DNA from: Gemmatimonadota bacterium
GTDB lineage: Bacteria > Gemmatimonadota > Gemmatimonadetes > Longimicrobiales > RSA9
DNA length: 27,996 nucleotides
Assembly: GCA_040905425.1 (NCBI GenBank)
Contig: JBBDRO010000015.1
Coordinates: 29,384 to 57,379, forward strand
Direction of reading: 5' to 3'
How positions within the stretch are numbered: position 1 is the stretch's first letter; every line of letters starts with the position of its first letter. The notes below the pieces were generated by a model. It searched no databases, was not told the origin of the DNA, and saw only the letters and a list, made by a program, of their open reading frames with translations. Shown one piece after another: positions 1-9,610 of the stretch. The position numbers and the translations under genes are program-made.

Positions 1-1329
1 ATGGTGTCCAGCGCCCTGGCCGTCAATCCCTGGCTGGCCGCCCGTGGCGCCGGGCTGGCGTTCTCCGCCGCCGTGGTGTTCATGGCCGCGCGGCGCATCG
101 GGGATGCCGGCCGCGGTGCGCTGGTGCTCGGCGGGCTGCTGGCGGCGGCGGCGCTGGCCGCCGCCATCGGCGCGGCCGGGGCGTACGGCGTGGACTGGAT
201 CTGGCAGGCCGAGTCCCGCGCACCGGCCGGCAGCTTCGGGAACCGGAATGGCCTGGCACACTTCCTGGCCATCGCCACGCCCGCTGGCGTGGCGGTGACC
301 CTGACGGGGCGGCGCCCCTCGTCCAGGCTGTTGGCCGGGGGGGTGCTGGCGCTCCTGGTGCTCACCCTGGTGCTCACCCGCTCACGGGCCGCCTGGCTGG
401 GCACGGCGGCGGGCATCGGCGTCACGCTGCCGCTGCTCTTCCTGGGCGCCGCCCGGCCGCGCCTGCGCCGCTTCGTGCCCGTATTCGTGCTCATGGCCGT
501 CGGCGCGGCCGCGGCCGTGACGGTGCCGAATCGTCTGGCCTGGCGCTCCGCGTCTCCCTACGCCGAGACCCTCACCGGACTCACCAACTATCGTGAGGGC
601 TCGGGCCGCGGCCGGCTGATCCAGTACACCCATTCCATGGAACTCGTGCGGGAGGCGCCGCTGCTCGGGGTAGGCCCCGGCAACTGGTTTGTGCACTACC
701 CGCGTGTAACCAAGCCTGGCGACCCGTCCTTTGCCGGCCACCTGACCATTCCCACCAATCCCTGGCCCAGCAGCGACTGGATGGCGCTGCTCGCCGAGCG
801 TGGCCTGCCGGGCGCGCTCCTGGTCCTGCTGGCCGGTGGGGCGGCCGCGGCACTGGCCCTGCGCCAGGTGCGCGGGGGCGGGGCGCGCACGTGGACGGGG
901 CCGGCAGCCGGCGCGGCGGCGGCCGGGACGCTCGTGGCCACCATGGTCACCGGCCTCTTCGATGCCGTCCTCCTGCTGCCGGGGCCCGCTTTCCTGGCGG
1001 CGGCCACGAGCGGTGTGCTGCTCCCGCGCCAGCGCGGACGGATCCTGCCGGGGAGCGGCCCCCCGCTGCAATTCGCGGCGCTCGGCCTGGCCCTGACGCT
1101 GGTCGTGCTCACGGGTACGTGGAGCGCCGCCATCGTGCGCACCGCCACCAGCGGCGATCGGGCGGCGCTCGCGAGTGCCGCGCGGCTCGCGCCGGGCGAG
1201 CACCGTCTGCACCTGCTCCTGGGAGCGAAGGGGGGGTGCGCCGAGCGCCTGCCACACGCGCGCGCGGCCGTCCGCCTGCTGCCCTATCATGCGGGCGCAC
1301 GCGCCGCCGTCGAGGCCTGCGGAGGGTGA
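1..1329 (+). CDS. O-antigen ligase (Wzy_C/WaaL-like) family membrane protein, probably 5'-truncated by the window
   Basis: Many hydrophobic helices; family-type motifs GSFGNRNGLAHFL, LVLTRSRAAWLG and PLLGVGPGNW; ORF begins at base 1. Confidence 0.75.
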   Translation: MVSSALAVNPWLAARGAGLAFSAAVVFMAARRIGDAGRGALVLGGLLAAAALAAAIGAAGAYGVDWIWQAESRAPAGSFGNRNGLAHFLAIATPAGVAVTLTGRRPSSRLLAGGVLALLVLTLVLTRSRAAWLGTAAGIGVTLPLLFLGAARPRLRRFVPVFVLMAVGAAAAVTVPNRLAWRSASPYAETLTGLTNYREGSGRGRLIQYTHSMELVREAPLLGVGPGNWFVHYPRVTKPGDPSFAGHLTIPTNPWPSSDWMALLAERGLPGALLVLLAGGAAAALALRQVRGGGARTWTGPAAGAAAAGTLVATMVTGLFDAVLLLPGPAFLAAATSGVLLPRQRGRILPGSGPPLQFAALGLALTLVVLTGTWSAAIVRTATSGDRAALASAARLAPGEHRLHLLLGAKGGCAERLPHARAAVRLLPYHAGARAAVEACGG

Positions 1330-1474
1330 TCGCGGACCCCGCGCCAACGCCGTGCCTTGTCCGTGCGGCCCTGGCCGCTACATTTCCGGTGGAATCGTCG
1401 GTCGAGCGGTCCCTGCCTGCCACTCCCCCGCCCGCCCGATGCCGTGCCGGAGGCACGTCACCGGAACTCGCACT

Positions 1475-4400
1475 ATGACCGATCCCGTGTCCAAGCCGAG
1501 CCCACGGGCCGATGACCTGCGGCGCGCACTGCTGCTGTCATTGCTGGCCCTGGCCGTTCCCGTCGTCGGGGCGTTCAACTTCCCCGACGCCATGGCGGAC
1601 TACGAGGCGCTGCTCTGGCTCCTGGCGGTCGTGCCGGCGTTCCTGCTTGCCTATCATCGTGGCTGGAGGGGCGTGGCCACGGCGCTGGCCATGGGCATGG
1701 CCGCGCTTTCCCTGTCCTATGCCACGGGCCGGGTTTTCGGCCAGGCGATGCCCGATCTCCTGCTGGCGGTGGTGGCCGCGTTCATTGCCTTCTCCCTGCT
1801 CGTGGGATGGCACACGGAACGGGTGGCGCGCAGGCGCCTGCTCCAGCTGGGCAGCAATTTCCGCATGGCCGATCCGCTTACGGGGCTGCCCAACCGCGCG
1901 CACGCGGAATTCTTCCTGGAGCGCGAATTCGCCGCGGGTGATCGCGGACGGGACGTGGCGGTGGCGGTCTTCGACCTGGACCACATGCGCACCTTCGACG
2001 CCGACAACGGCCGCACCGCGGGCGACGACGCCCTGCGTGCGTTCGCCGGCATCGTGCGGGCCAATACGCGGCAGATGAACCTGGCCGCCCGCTGGGGTGG
2101 CGACGTATTCGTGGCCGTGCTCGGGGCCTGTCGGGAGGAAGGCGCCCTGATCTTTGCCGAGCGGGTACAGGAGCGCTTCCGCGCCGTGGAGTATGACGTG
2201 CCGCTGCCCACCGTGAGCGTGGGGATCGCCGCGTTCCGACCCGGGATGACCCGGGCGAACGAACTGGTGGCAGCCGCCCAGGAGGCGTGCGTCAGCGCCA
2301 AGGCGGATGGCAGGGACCGGATCCGTATCGCCAGCGCGGATGTGGCGGGCGTCCGCCGCCGCGCGGAGGCGCTGCGCGACCAGCAGGTGACCCCGGGCGT
2401 GGCCGATGCCGGCGCCGAGGCGGTGAGCGTGGCACAACGGGAGTCCGTGCGCCCCCTGGGCGACGGCCGCCGCGCCCTGGTCTTCTCCGTGGACGCGGTC
2501 CTGCGTGAACGCCTCAGCCGCTACCTGATGGACGCCGCCTTCGACGTCCGGGAGGTGCCGGAGATGGCGCTGGCCGTGGACGCCATCAAGGCCGAATACG
2601 ACGTGGTCTTCGTGGACATCGTCTCGGGGACGGGCGGCGCGCCCGACCTGGTGACCGAAGTTCGCGCCCGGCAGCCGGCCACCCGCATCATTGGCTTGCC
2701 CCGCACCGCCGGTGGCACCCTCGACCGGAACTTACTGCTGGCGCGCGTGGATGCCTACCATCTCCCCGAGGAAGATCCCTGGTCCCTGGCACCGCGCCTC
2801 CGCACGCTCCTGGATGAGCGTGACCGGCTGCGCGACGCCATGCTGCGCAACCGCCAGCTCAGCGAGGAAGTACGCGCCGTGCGGCGCCAGGCCATCGAGG
2901 AACTGCGCGAGAGCCAGGAGCGCTATCGCGCCGTGGTGGAGAACGTGCAGGAAGTCCTCTTCACCACGGACGAGAAGGGCGGGCTGGCGTTCCTCAACCT
3001 GGCCTGGAAGAACCTCACCGGCTTCGATCCGGCGGAATCCACGGGCTGGGACTTCCTGGCCTACATCCACCCGGATGACCACGACGTGGTGCGCGAACCG
3101 TTCGATCGGTTGCTCGCGGGAGACCGTCCAGCCCTGCGCATGGAAGCCCGCTGCGTCACCCGCGACGGCGGTGACCGGTGGGTGGAGATGAACCTCATCC
3201 CCACGCAGAACAACGCCGGCCAGGTGACGGGGGCGCTCGGCACCCTGATGGACGTGACGCAGAGGCACGAGGCGGAGGAGGCCGTGCGGCGCTCGGAGGA
3301 GTACTTCCGTGCCCTCATCGAGAACTCAGCCGATCTCATCGTCCTGCTCTCCCGCGAAGCCACCATTCGCTACGTGAGCCCCGCGATCGAGAAGATCCTG
3401 GGCTACGAGCGCGAAGAGCAGCGCGGCCGGAACGTACTGGACCTCATCCACCCGGATGACGTGGAGACCGCGCGCACCGCCCTCGCGCGTGTCCTGGAAG
3501 ACCCCACGCGGGCGTACGACACGGAGTTGCGGGTGCGGCGTACGGACGGCTCCCACCGCATCCTGGAGGCATCCGGCCGTGACCTCAGCTCCGTGCCGGG
3601 GGTGGGGGGCATCGTGATCAACGCCCGGGACGTCACGGACCGGCGCCGCGCTGAGGATGCGCTGCGCGAGAGTGAGAACGCCCTCCTGCAGGCCCAGAAG
3701 ATGGATGCCATCGGCCGCCTGGCCGGTGGCGTGGCACACGACTTCAACAACCTGCTCACCACCATGCAGGGCCACGTGGAACTGCTCGCGCCGCACGTGG
3801 GGGAGCACGCGGAGGCGCAGCAGGACCTGCAGGAGATCCGCTCAGCCGCCACGCGGGCCGGCACCCTCACCCGCCAGCTCCTGGCCTTCAGCCGCCGGCA
3901 GGTCATGCAGCCACGGGTCATGGATCTGAACGCCACCGTGGAGGGCATCCACAAGATGCTCAGCCGACTCATCGGCGAACACATCGAGCTCACGACGGAG
4001 CTGGAGCGCGACATCGGCAGCATCGTGGCCGATCCGGGGCAGGTGGAGCAGGTCATCCTCAATCTGTGCGTCAACGCCCGGGACGCTATGCCCACGGGCG
4101 GGCACCTGACGATCCGCACCTTCCGTACGGAGCTCCCCGAACTCGAGGAGGGTCCGGACGGGGGCATCATACGGCCCTATGTGGGGCTCTCCGTGACGGA
4201 CGACGGCCAGGGCATGGAAGCGGAGGAGTTGAGCCGTGTGTTCGAGCCGATCTTCACCACCAAGGAGGCCGACAAGGGCACGGGCCTGGGCCTGTCCACG
4301 GTCTACGGCATCGTCAAGCAGAGTGGTGGCCGGGTGGAGGCGCGCAGCCAACCGGGCCAGGGCTCCACGTTCGTTGTATTCCTGCCACAGGCGCCCGACG

Positions 4401-4837
4401 TACCCCCCGCGAGCGGGGAGCCGCAGCCGCGCCGGGTCGTGGCTGCCGGAGGCACCGAGACCATCCTGTTCGTGGAGGACGAACAATCCGTGCGGGACCT
4501 GGCGGTCCGTGTACTCCGGGGGCGGGGCTACGAAGTGCTGGCGGCCACGAACGGGCGCACGGCCCTGGAGCTGCTCGAGCGCACGGCGGGGCCGATCGAT
4601 CTGCTCATCACCGACGTGGTCATGCCCGAGATGGACGGCCGCACGCTGGCCGAGCAGGTCTCCGCGCGCCTGCCCGGCGTGCCGGTGATCTTCATCTCCG
4701 GCTACGCCGAGGACGCCATCGCGGAGCACGGAGTGCTGCGGCAGGGCGCCGAGTTCCTGGAGAAGCCCTTCACACCGGACACCCTGCTGGCCTGCATCCG
4801 CGAGGTCCTGGACCGCCCGGCGGCGGGCAGGCACTGA
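1475..4837 (+). CDS. Membrane hybrid sensor histidine kinase: TM region, degenerate GGDEF, REC-like, PAS, PAS, HisKA, HATPase, REC
   Basis: DPLTGLPNR...ARWGGDVF; two PAS/PAC repeats (IHPDD); H-box LAGGVAHDFNNLL; NLCVNARDAM; FTTKEADKGTGLGLS; C-terminal receiver FVEDE...LITDVVMP...FLEKPF. Start placed at ATG 1475 (MTDPVSK) rather than at the ORF-track start 1175. Confidence 0.9.
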   Translation: MTDPVSKPSPRADDLRRALLLSLLALAVPVVGAFNFPDAMADYEALLWLLAVVPAFLLAYHRGWRGVATALAMGMAALSLSYATGRVFGQAMPDLLLAVVAAFIAFSLLVGWHTERVARRRLLQLGSNFRMADPLTGLPNRAHAEFFLEREFAAGDRGRDVAVAVFDLDHMRTFDADNGRTAGDDALRAFAGIVRANTRQMNLAARWGGDVFVAVLGACREEGALIFAERVQERFRAVEYDVPLPTVSVGIAAFRPGMTRANELVAAAQEACVSAKADGRDRIRIASADVAGVRRRAEALRDQQVTPGVADAGAEAVSVAQRESVRPLGDGRRALVFSVDAVLRERLSRYLMDAAFDVREVPEMALAVDAIKAEYDVVFVDIVSGTGGAPDLVTEVRARQPATRIIGLPRTAGGTLDRNLLLARVDAYHLPEEDPWSLAPRLRTLLDERDRLRDAMLRNRQLSEEVRAVRRQAIEELRESQERYRAVVENVQEVLFTTDEKGGLAFLNLAWKNLTGFDPAESTGWDFLAYIHPDDHDVVREPFDRLLAGDRPALRMEARCVTRDGGDRWVEMNLIPTQNNAGQVTGALGTLMDVTQRHEAEEAVRRSEEYFRALIENSADLIVLLSREATIRYVSPAIEKILGYEREEQRGRNVLDLIHPDDVETARTALARVLEDPTRAYDTELRVRRTDGSHRILEASGRDLSSVPGVGGIVINARDVTDRRRAEDALRESENALLQAQKMDAIGRLAGGVAHDFNNLLTTMQGHVELLAPHVGEHAEAQQDLQEIRSAATRAGTLTRQLLAFSRRQVMQPRVMDLNATVEGIHKMLSRLIGEHIELTTELERDIGSIVADPGQVEQVILNLCVNARDAMPTGGHLTIRTFRTELPELEEGPDGGIIRPYVGLSVTDDGQGMEAEELSRVFEPIFTTKEADKGTGLGLSTVYGIVKQSGGRVEARSQPGQGSTFVVFLPQAPDVPPASGEPQPRRVVAAGGTETILFVEDEQSVRDLAVRVLRGRGYEVLAATNGRTALELLERTAGPIDLLITDVVMPEMDGRTLAEQVSARLPGVPVIFISGYAEDAIAEHGVLRQGAEFLEKPFTPDTLLACIREVLDRPAAGRH

Positions 4838-4911
4838 GCGAGCGCGCCGCCGCGGCGCTCACGCGCTGCCGGCGGGGCAGTCCTCACCCGGCCCCGTCGC
4901 GGGCGCTGCCG

Positions 4912-6333
4912 TCAGCCGCCGCCCGAGGGGACGAGCCGCCGGATCACCCCATCGGACTTGTTCAACAGGAACACCTGCCCGTCCGGTCCGGGGCCCATGC
5001 GCAGATCCACCCTGGACGCGGGCTCACGGCCCTGCTGGGCGTTGCGACTCCGGATGACCTCCAGCAGGGTGGCGGCCTGTCCCTCGTGGTGCAGGAGCAC
5101 GCGGCGCACGGGCTCCTGACCGCCCTCCGGCGGGTCGTCCGCGGACACGTGGAAGATCTCCCCGCTCGGCAGGTCCCCGAACAGGATGCGGCCCGTGAGC
5201 TGGGGGATGGCCGTGCTCCGGTAGACGTGCAGGCCCGTGGCGGCCGCGCGCCCTACCAGGATGGGATCCCGGTGGTCGTATTCCGCCACCGGGTAGATCA
5301 TGGCCGGGTCGCCGCGCTGCGCCTCCGTGCTCACCCCGGCACGGCCCACGTAACGGAAGCTGCCCTCCCACACATTCCAGCCCAGGTTGGCACCGGCGCT
5401 CACGGGGCTCAGCTCCTCCACGATGTTCTGCCCGATGTCCGTCAGGTACATCCGCCCGTTGGCCGGATCCCACGCGAAGTGCTGCGGATTGCGCACCCCC
5501 AGCGCGTAGATCTCACCGAGCGCGCCCGCCGGGCCGCCACGGACGAACGGGTTCGTGGCGGGAATGCCGTAGTTGCCGTTCGTGCTGTTGGAGCCGAGAG
5601 GGTCGATGCGCAGGATCTTGCCGAACGCCGAGCCGTGGTCCTGCGCCTGGTTCATGGGATCGCCGCCGCTGCCGCCATCCGCGTTGCCCACGTACAGTAG
5701 GCCGTAGTCGGCGTCACCGGGGCCGGCGAGCGGATTGAAGGAGATCCTGCCGCCATTGTGGTTGGCATAGGGCTGCTGCACACGCAGGAGCTCGCGCGGA
5801 GGACCGCCGTCGTAGGTGGCGGCGCCGGGCGTGCGCGCCGTCCACTCCAGGAGCACGGTGTCGTGGGAGTCGCGCGCGCCATCGCCCGCCACGAAGTCCG
5901 GCGCCGGGTCGGTGGCGACCACGTCCGTCCACGTGTAGAGCTTGCCGTAGCCCGGCGTGCCTTCCTGGCCGAACTGCGGGTGCAGGGCAAAGCTCTGCAC
6001 GCCCCGCTCACGCCCGCTCGATTGCACCTCCACCCCCCAGACCGCGTCACGCATGTCCAGGTACTCCACCACGTCCCCACCCTCGTAGCCTACGGTATAG
6101 ATCGGGCCCTGCATGTCATTGACGAACAGCCGGCGCGTGCCCGGCTCGTCCAGGAGGAGCATGGCGCGCGCCGGCTCCCCGTCGATGTCGGGCAGCGTGG
6201 CAAAGTCCTGATAGTCCACCAGGATCACGCCCTCACGGGCCTCGATCGGCGCCGGGAACGGATCGTTGGTCTCCTGGGCGGTCAGCGGCGCGGCGGCGAG
6301 CAGGCCAGCGGCAAGGATGCGCATACTTGTCAT
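4912..6333 (-). CDS. PQQ-dependent sugar dehydrogenase (glucose/sorbosone dehydrogenase beta-propeller family), secreted
   Basis: Signal peptide; motifs NHNGG, GKILRIDP, YGIPATNPF, EIYALGVRNP, DIGQNIVEE, GANLGWNVWEG. Confidence 0.85.
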   Translation of the reverse strand: MTSMRILAAGLLAAAPLTAQETNDPFPAPIEAREGVILVDYQDFATLPDIDGEPARAMLLLDEPGTRRLFVNDMQGPIYTVGYEGGDVVEYLDMRDAVWGVEVQSSGRERGVQSFALHPQFGQEGTPGYGKLYTWTDVVATDPAPDFVAGDGARDSHDTVLLEWTARTPGAATYDGGPPRELLRVQQPYANHNGGRISFNPLAGPGDADYGLLYVGNADGGSGGDPMNQAQDHGSAFGKILRIDPLGSNSTNGNYGIPATNPFVRGGPAGALGEIYALGVRNPQHFAWDPANGRMYLTDIGQNIVEELSPVSAGANLGWNVWEGSFRYVGRAGVSTEAQRGDPAMIYPVAEYDHRDPILVGRAAATGLHVYRSTAIPQLTGRILFGDLPSGEIFHVSADDPPEGGQEPVRRVLLHHEGQAATLLEVIRSRNAQQGREPASRVDLRMGPGPDGQVFLLNKSDGVIRRLVPSGGG

Positions 6334-6370
6334 GGGCTACCGGTCTCCGTGGGCTGGGGTAGAGTAAACA

Positions 6371-6985
6371 CTAGAAGACCACGCCGATGGCCACACCGTC
6401 GCGATCGCCCAGCGTGCCGCCGAAGCGGAAGAGCAGCGCGTTACTGAAGCGGAAGTCCAGGCCGAGGTCCGCGGCAAAGTCCAGATCCATGTCACTGCCG
6501 TCTTCCCCTCCAGTGTCCAGAAAGGCGTCCAGCATCACGCGCGGGGACAGGTACGGCGTGAAGCGCACGTTCTCCGCCACGAAGGTGTGACCCACCACGA
6601 GTCCCGCCGGAAAACTGAGCCAGGCCCCGTCCCCGATGGACGCGCCGGCCCCCACGATCCAGTCGATGTCCAGCGGGAAGTCACGCGTGTCACGCGTCAC
6701 AGCGCCGCTGTAGTCCACCCCACCGAAGACCGCCAGGTCCCCACCGGGGCTGTCCTCGGCCAGACCCGCCCGGACCTGGAAATTCCAGTACGACGCGCGC
6801 CAGGCGCCCATCACCCCCAGCTTGCCGCCATACGCGTCCATGAGGTAGACGCCCAGTCCCGGCGGGGGCGCCGGCGGGACCAGTAGCGGCGTGTCCCAGG
6901 CCACCTGCGCCCGGCCTTCGCCGGGGACCGCCAGCAGCACCGCCGCGGCCAGCGCCGTCATCCAACCCATCCTGCGTGCCCCCAT
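6371..6985 (-). CDS. Hypothetical small outer-membrane beta-barrel protein
   Basis: GGAGG RBS upstream of ATG 6985; signal peptide ending GRA-Q; amphipathic Gly/aromatic-rich strands; C-terminal Phe (GVAIGVVF). Confidence 0.65.
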   Translation of the reverse strand: MGARRMGWMTALAAAVLLAVPGEGRAQVAWDTPLLVPPAPPPGLGVYLMDAYGGKLGVMGAWRASYWNFQVRAGLAEDSPGGDLAVFGGVDYSGAVTRDTRDFPLDIDWIVGAGASIGDGAWLSFPAGLVVGHTFVAENVRFTPYLSPRVMLDAFLDTGGEDGSDMDLDFAADLGLDFRFSNALLFRFGGTLGDRDGVAIGVVF

Positions 6986-7142
6986 CTTCCCCTCCGTCAG
7001 CTTCAAGGTCCGGCGGCGGCCGCGCGTAGCGCTCGGCACCGCTCACGATCGACAGCCCCATGATAAGATACCGGCCCCGCTGCGCGACACCCGCGCGGGA
7101 AACGAGGCATGCATGGTTTGGACTCGCCCGGACGCCTGAGCG

Positions 7143-7184
7143 TTGACGCGCCCCACGGACGCAATTATCTTAGTAGTGAGATAA
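7143..7184 (+). promoter_or_regulatory. Sigma70-type promoter (TTGACG-17-TATCTT) overlapped by palindromic operator TTATCT-N8-AGATAA (MhqR-type)
   Basis: -35 at 7143-7148, -10 at 7166-7171; inverted repeat 7165-7184 directly before the AGGAGG RBS of the MarR gene. Confidence 0.75.
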
Positions 7185-7192
7185 GGAGGAAG

Positions 7193-7648
7193 ATGAGCGC
7201 CCAGGACGAAGACCGGGAACTGTCGCTTAAACTGTGGGTGGTGCTCTCCCGCGCGCACGCCGCCCTGGCGGATCACGCGCAGGCCGACGTGGTCCGCCAC
7301 GGCCTCACGCTGGCCGAATTCGGCGTGCTGGAGGTGCTCTTCCATCGGGGCCCGTTGCTGCTCGGCGCGGTGCAGCGCAAGGTCCTGGTGTCCAGCGGCG
7401 GCATCACCTACCTGGTGGACCGGCTGGTGCGGCAGGGGCTCGTGGAGCGCCGCCCGTGCCCGGAGGACCGGCGGGCCCGCTACGCGGCGCTCACCGGGGA
7501 AGGCACCGCCCTCATCGAGCGGATCTTCCCGGATCACGCGCGGGCCATGCAGCGCGCCATGGCCGGCCTCGCCATGGAGGAAAAGCGCGCGGCGGCGGCA
7601 CTGGTCCGCACCCTCGGGCGGAGCGCCGCGGACCAGGAAACGGCATGA
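7193..7648 (+). CDS. mhqR: MarR-family repressor, MhqR-like
   Basis: SLKLWVVLSRA, HGLTLAEFGVLEVLFHRG, SGGITYLVDRL, DRR, IFPDHA closely parallel Bacillus MhqR as recalled; AGGAGG RBS; leads a dioxygenase-hydrolase operon. Confidence 0.8.
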   Translation: MSAQDEDRELSLKLWVVLSRAHAALADHAQADVVRHGLTLAEFGVLEVLFHRGPLLLGAVQRKVLVSSGGITYLVDRLVRQGLVERRPCPEDRRARYAALTGEGTALIERIFPDHARAMQRAMAGLAMEEKRAAAALVRTLGRSAADQETA

Positions 7649-7706
7649 ATTTCAAGCGACGACGCCCGTCGGATCACGGGCGCGCGGCACCTTCGAGGAG
7701 GACAGC

Positions 7707-8801
7707 ATGACGCTGCGCACACGCGGCTTCCACCACATCACCATGGTCTCGGCCGATGCGCCCCGCACCGTCCGCTTCTACCGGGATCTGCTGGGGCTGG
7801 GGCTGGTCAAGCGCACCGTGAACTTCGACGATCCCGGCGCCTACCACCTCTACTTCGGTGACGCCACGGGGCAGCCGGGCACCATCCTCACCTTCTTCGA
7901 GTGGGCGGGCGCGCGGCGCGGCCACTGGGGGGTGGGCGGCGTGCACCACCTGGCGCTCGGCGTGGCGGACCGCGAGACGCAGCTCATGTGGAAGCGCAGG
8001 CTCACGGACGCCGGGGTGGCGGTGAGCGGCCCCTACGATCGCGGCTGGTTCCACAGCATCTACTTCCAGGATCCCGACGGGCAGGTACTGGAGATTGCCA
8101 CCGCGGGGCCCGGCTACGACCTGGACGAGCCCATGGAGGCGCTGGGCGAGCGCGTCATCATGCCCGCCGAGGCGCGCATGCGCGGCCACCGGGACGAGGG
8201 CGCCATTGCCGCGGCCACCTGGGCCGAGCCCGTGCCGGACGTCACGCCCGCCATGGCGCTGGACGGCATCCACCACATCACCGGCATCACCACCGACGTG
8301 GAGCGCATGGGCGCGTTCTACGAGGAGGCGCTGGGGCTCAGGCTGGTGAAGAAGACGGTGAACCAGGATGACCCCACCGCGCCGCACTGGTTCTGGGCGG
8401 ACTACGACGGCCGGCGGGTGGGTCCGCACAGCGCGCTCACGCAGTTCGGCTGGCCGAACGCCACCAGCGCCGCGCGGCCCGGCGCGGGGCAGACGCACCA
8501 CATAGCCTGCCGCGCCCGCGACGACGAGGAGCAGGGCGCCTGGCGCGAGCACCTGCTGGGCATGGGGCTGGACGTCTCCCCGGTGATGGAGCGCTCCTAC
8601 TTCCGCTCCATCTACTTCCGGGCGCCGGACGGGCTGCTCATGGAGATTGCCACGGACGGCCCGGGCTTCGCCGTGGACGAGCCCGCCGGCAGCCTGGGCA
8701 GGGAGCTCCGCCTGCCGCCCTGGCTGGAGCCCGAGCGGGAGCGCCTGGCGGCGGAGCTCACGCCGCTGCCGGCGGCGCCGCGGGAGGCGGTGCCTTCGTG
8801 A
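7707..8801 (+). CDS. Ring-cleaving dioxygenase, two-domain VOC/glyoxalase family (MhqO/MhqE-like)
   Basis: Duplicated motifs GFHHIT/GIHHIT, LVKRTVNFDDP/LVKKTVNQDDP, SIYF.DPDG..LEIAT, EIATDGPGF. Confidence 0.88.
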   Translation: MTLRTRGFHHITMVSADAPRTVRFYRDLLGLGLVKRTVNFDDPGAYHLYFGDATGQPGTILTFFEWAGARRGHWGVGGVHHLALGVADRETQLMWKRRLTDAGVAVSGPYDRGWFHSIYFQDPDGQVLEIATAGPGYDLDEPMEALGERVIMPAEARMRGHRDEGAIAAATWAEPVPDVTPAMALDGIHHITGITTDVERMGAFYEEALGLRLVKKTVNQDDPTAPHWFWADYDGRRVGPHSALTQFGWPNATSAARPGAGQTHHIACRARDDEEQGAWREHLLGMGLDVSPVMERSYFRSIYFRAPDGLLMEIATDGPGFAVDEPAGSLGRELRLPPWLEPERERLAAELTPLPAAPREAVPS

Positions 8802-9490
8802 GCGGGCTGGAGTTCGAGCGCCGTGAGGGCGCGCCCGGCGCACCCGTCCTGGTGCTCCTGCACGGGCGCGGCGCGGACCGCCACGACCTGATGGGGCTCG
8901 TGCCGTACCTGCCGAAGGAATGGAGCGTGCTGGCCCCCGACGCGCCGCACGCCGGCGCCCCGTGGGGCTACGGTCCGGGCCGCGCCTGGTACCGCTTCCT
9001 CGGCGGCCGGGCGCCCGAGCCGGAGGGCTTCCGGGAGAGCCTGCTGGCGCTGAGCGGATTCCTGAAGGCCGCGCGTGCGGAGACGGCGGGGCCGGTGGTG
9101 CTGGGCGGCTTCTCGCAGGGTGGTACGGTGTCCCTGGCGTATGCGCTGGCGCACGCGGGAGGTCAGTTACCGGCAGGCGCGCCGTCCGTGGACGCCGTGG
9201 CCGTGCTGAGCGGCTTCCTGGCCGAGCATCCGGACGTGCCGGCCGGAAACCCGGGCGTGCCGGTGTTCTGGGGGCACGGGCGGCAGGATCCCGCCATCCC
9301 GCTGGACTGGGGGGAGGCCGGCCGGGCCGTGCTCCTGGAGGCGGGCGTTCAGCTCACCGACCACGACTACGACATCGGCCACTGGATCGACGGCCAGGAG
9401 ATGGCCGACCTGGTGGCCTGGGTGGAGCGCCTCGGAGCGCGGGGGGCGAACGGCGGCGACGGTGGCGGCACCGGCGGCGCGAAGGCTTGA
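8798..9490 (+). CDS. Alpha/beta hydrolase, phospholipase/carboxylesterase family (MhqD-like)
   Basis: LLHGRG, nucleophile GFSQG, HGRQDP, GHWI; GTGA overlap with the upstream stop codon. Confidence 0.85.
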   Translation: MSGLEFERREGAPGAPVLVLLHGRGADRHDLMGLVPYLPKEWSVLAPDAPHAGAPWGYGPGRAWYRFLGGRAPEPEGFRESLLALSGFLKAARAETAGPVVLGGFSQGGTVSLAYALAHAGGQLPAGAPSVDAVAVLSGFLAEHPDVPAGNPGVPVFWGHGRQDPAIPLDWGEAGRAVLLEAGVQLTDHDYDIGHWIDGQEMADLVAWVERLGARGANGGDGGGTGGAKA

Positions 9491-9515
9491 ATCCGGACCG
9501 CCGAGCGGCTACGTT
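9487..9515 (+). promoter_or_regulatory. Putative sigma70 promoter for the tRNA (TTGAAT-17-TACGTT)
   Basis: -35 at 9487-9492 (contains the hydrolase TGA), -10 at 9510-9515, just upstream of the tRNA. Confidence 0.5.
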
Positions 9516-9524
9516 TCACCTTCT

Positions 9525-9598
9525 CGGGACGTGGCGCAGTCCGGTAGCGCACCTGAATGGGGTTCAGGGGGTCGCCGGTTCAAATCCGGCCGTCCCGA
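9525..9598 (+). tRNA. tRNA-Pro (GGG), CCA not encoded
   Basis: Acceptor stem CGGGACG/CGTCCCG; D arm; anticodon stem CCTGA/TCAGG with loop ATGGGGT; T arm GCCGG-TTCAAAT-CCGGC. Confidence 0.95.
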
Positions 9599-9610
9599 CT
9601 GGTGGTGACC

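Noticed and set aside
1175..1474. N-terminal 100 aa of the 1220-aa ORF
   Set aside because: Overlaps the upstream gene and reads as non-coding-frame sequence; ATG 1475 precedes the first TM helix
6680..6697. GTCACGCGT tandem duplication
   Set aside because: Only two copies, in frame (TRDTRD) in a probable loop; likely a trivial slippage event
9525..9598. tRNA-Pro as an integration site of a genomic island
   Set aside because: No integrase in the window and no duplicate of the tRNA 3' end was noticed
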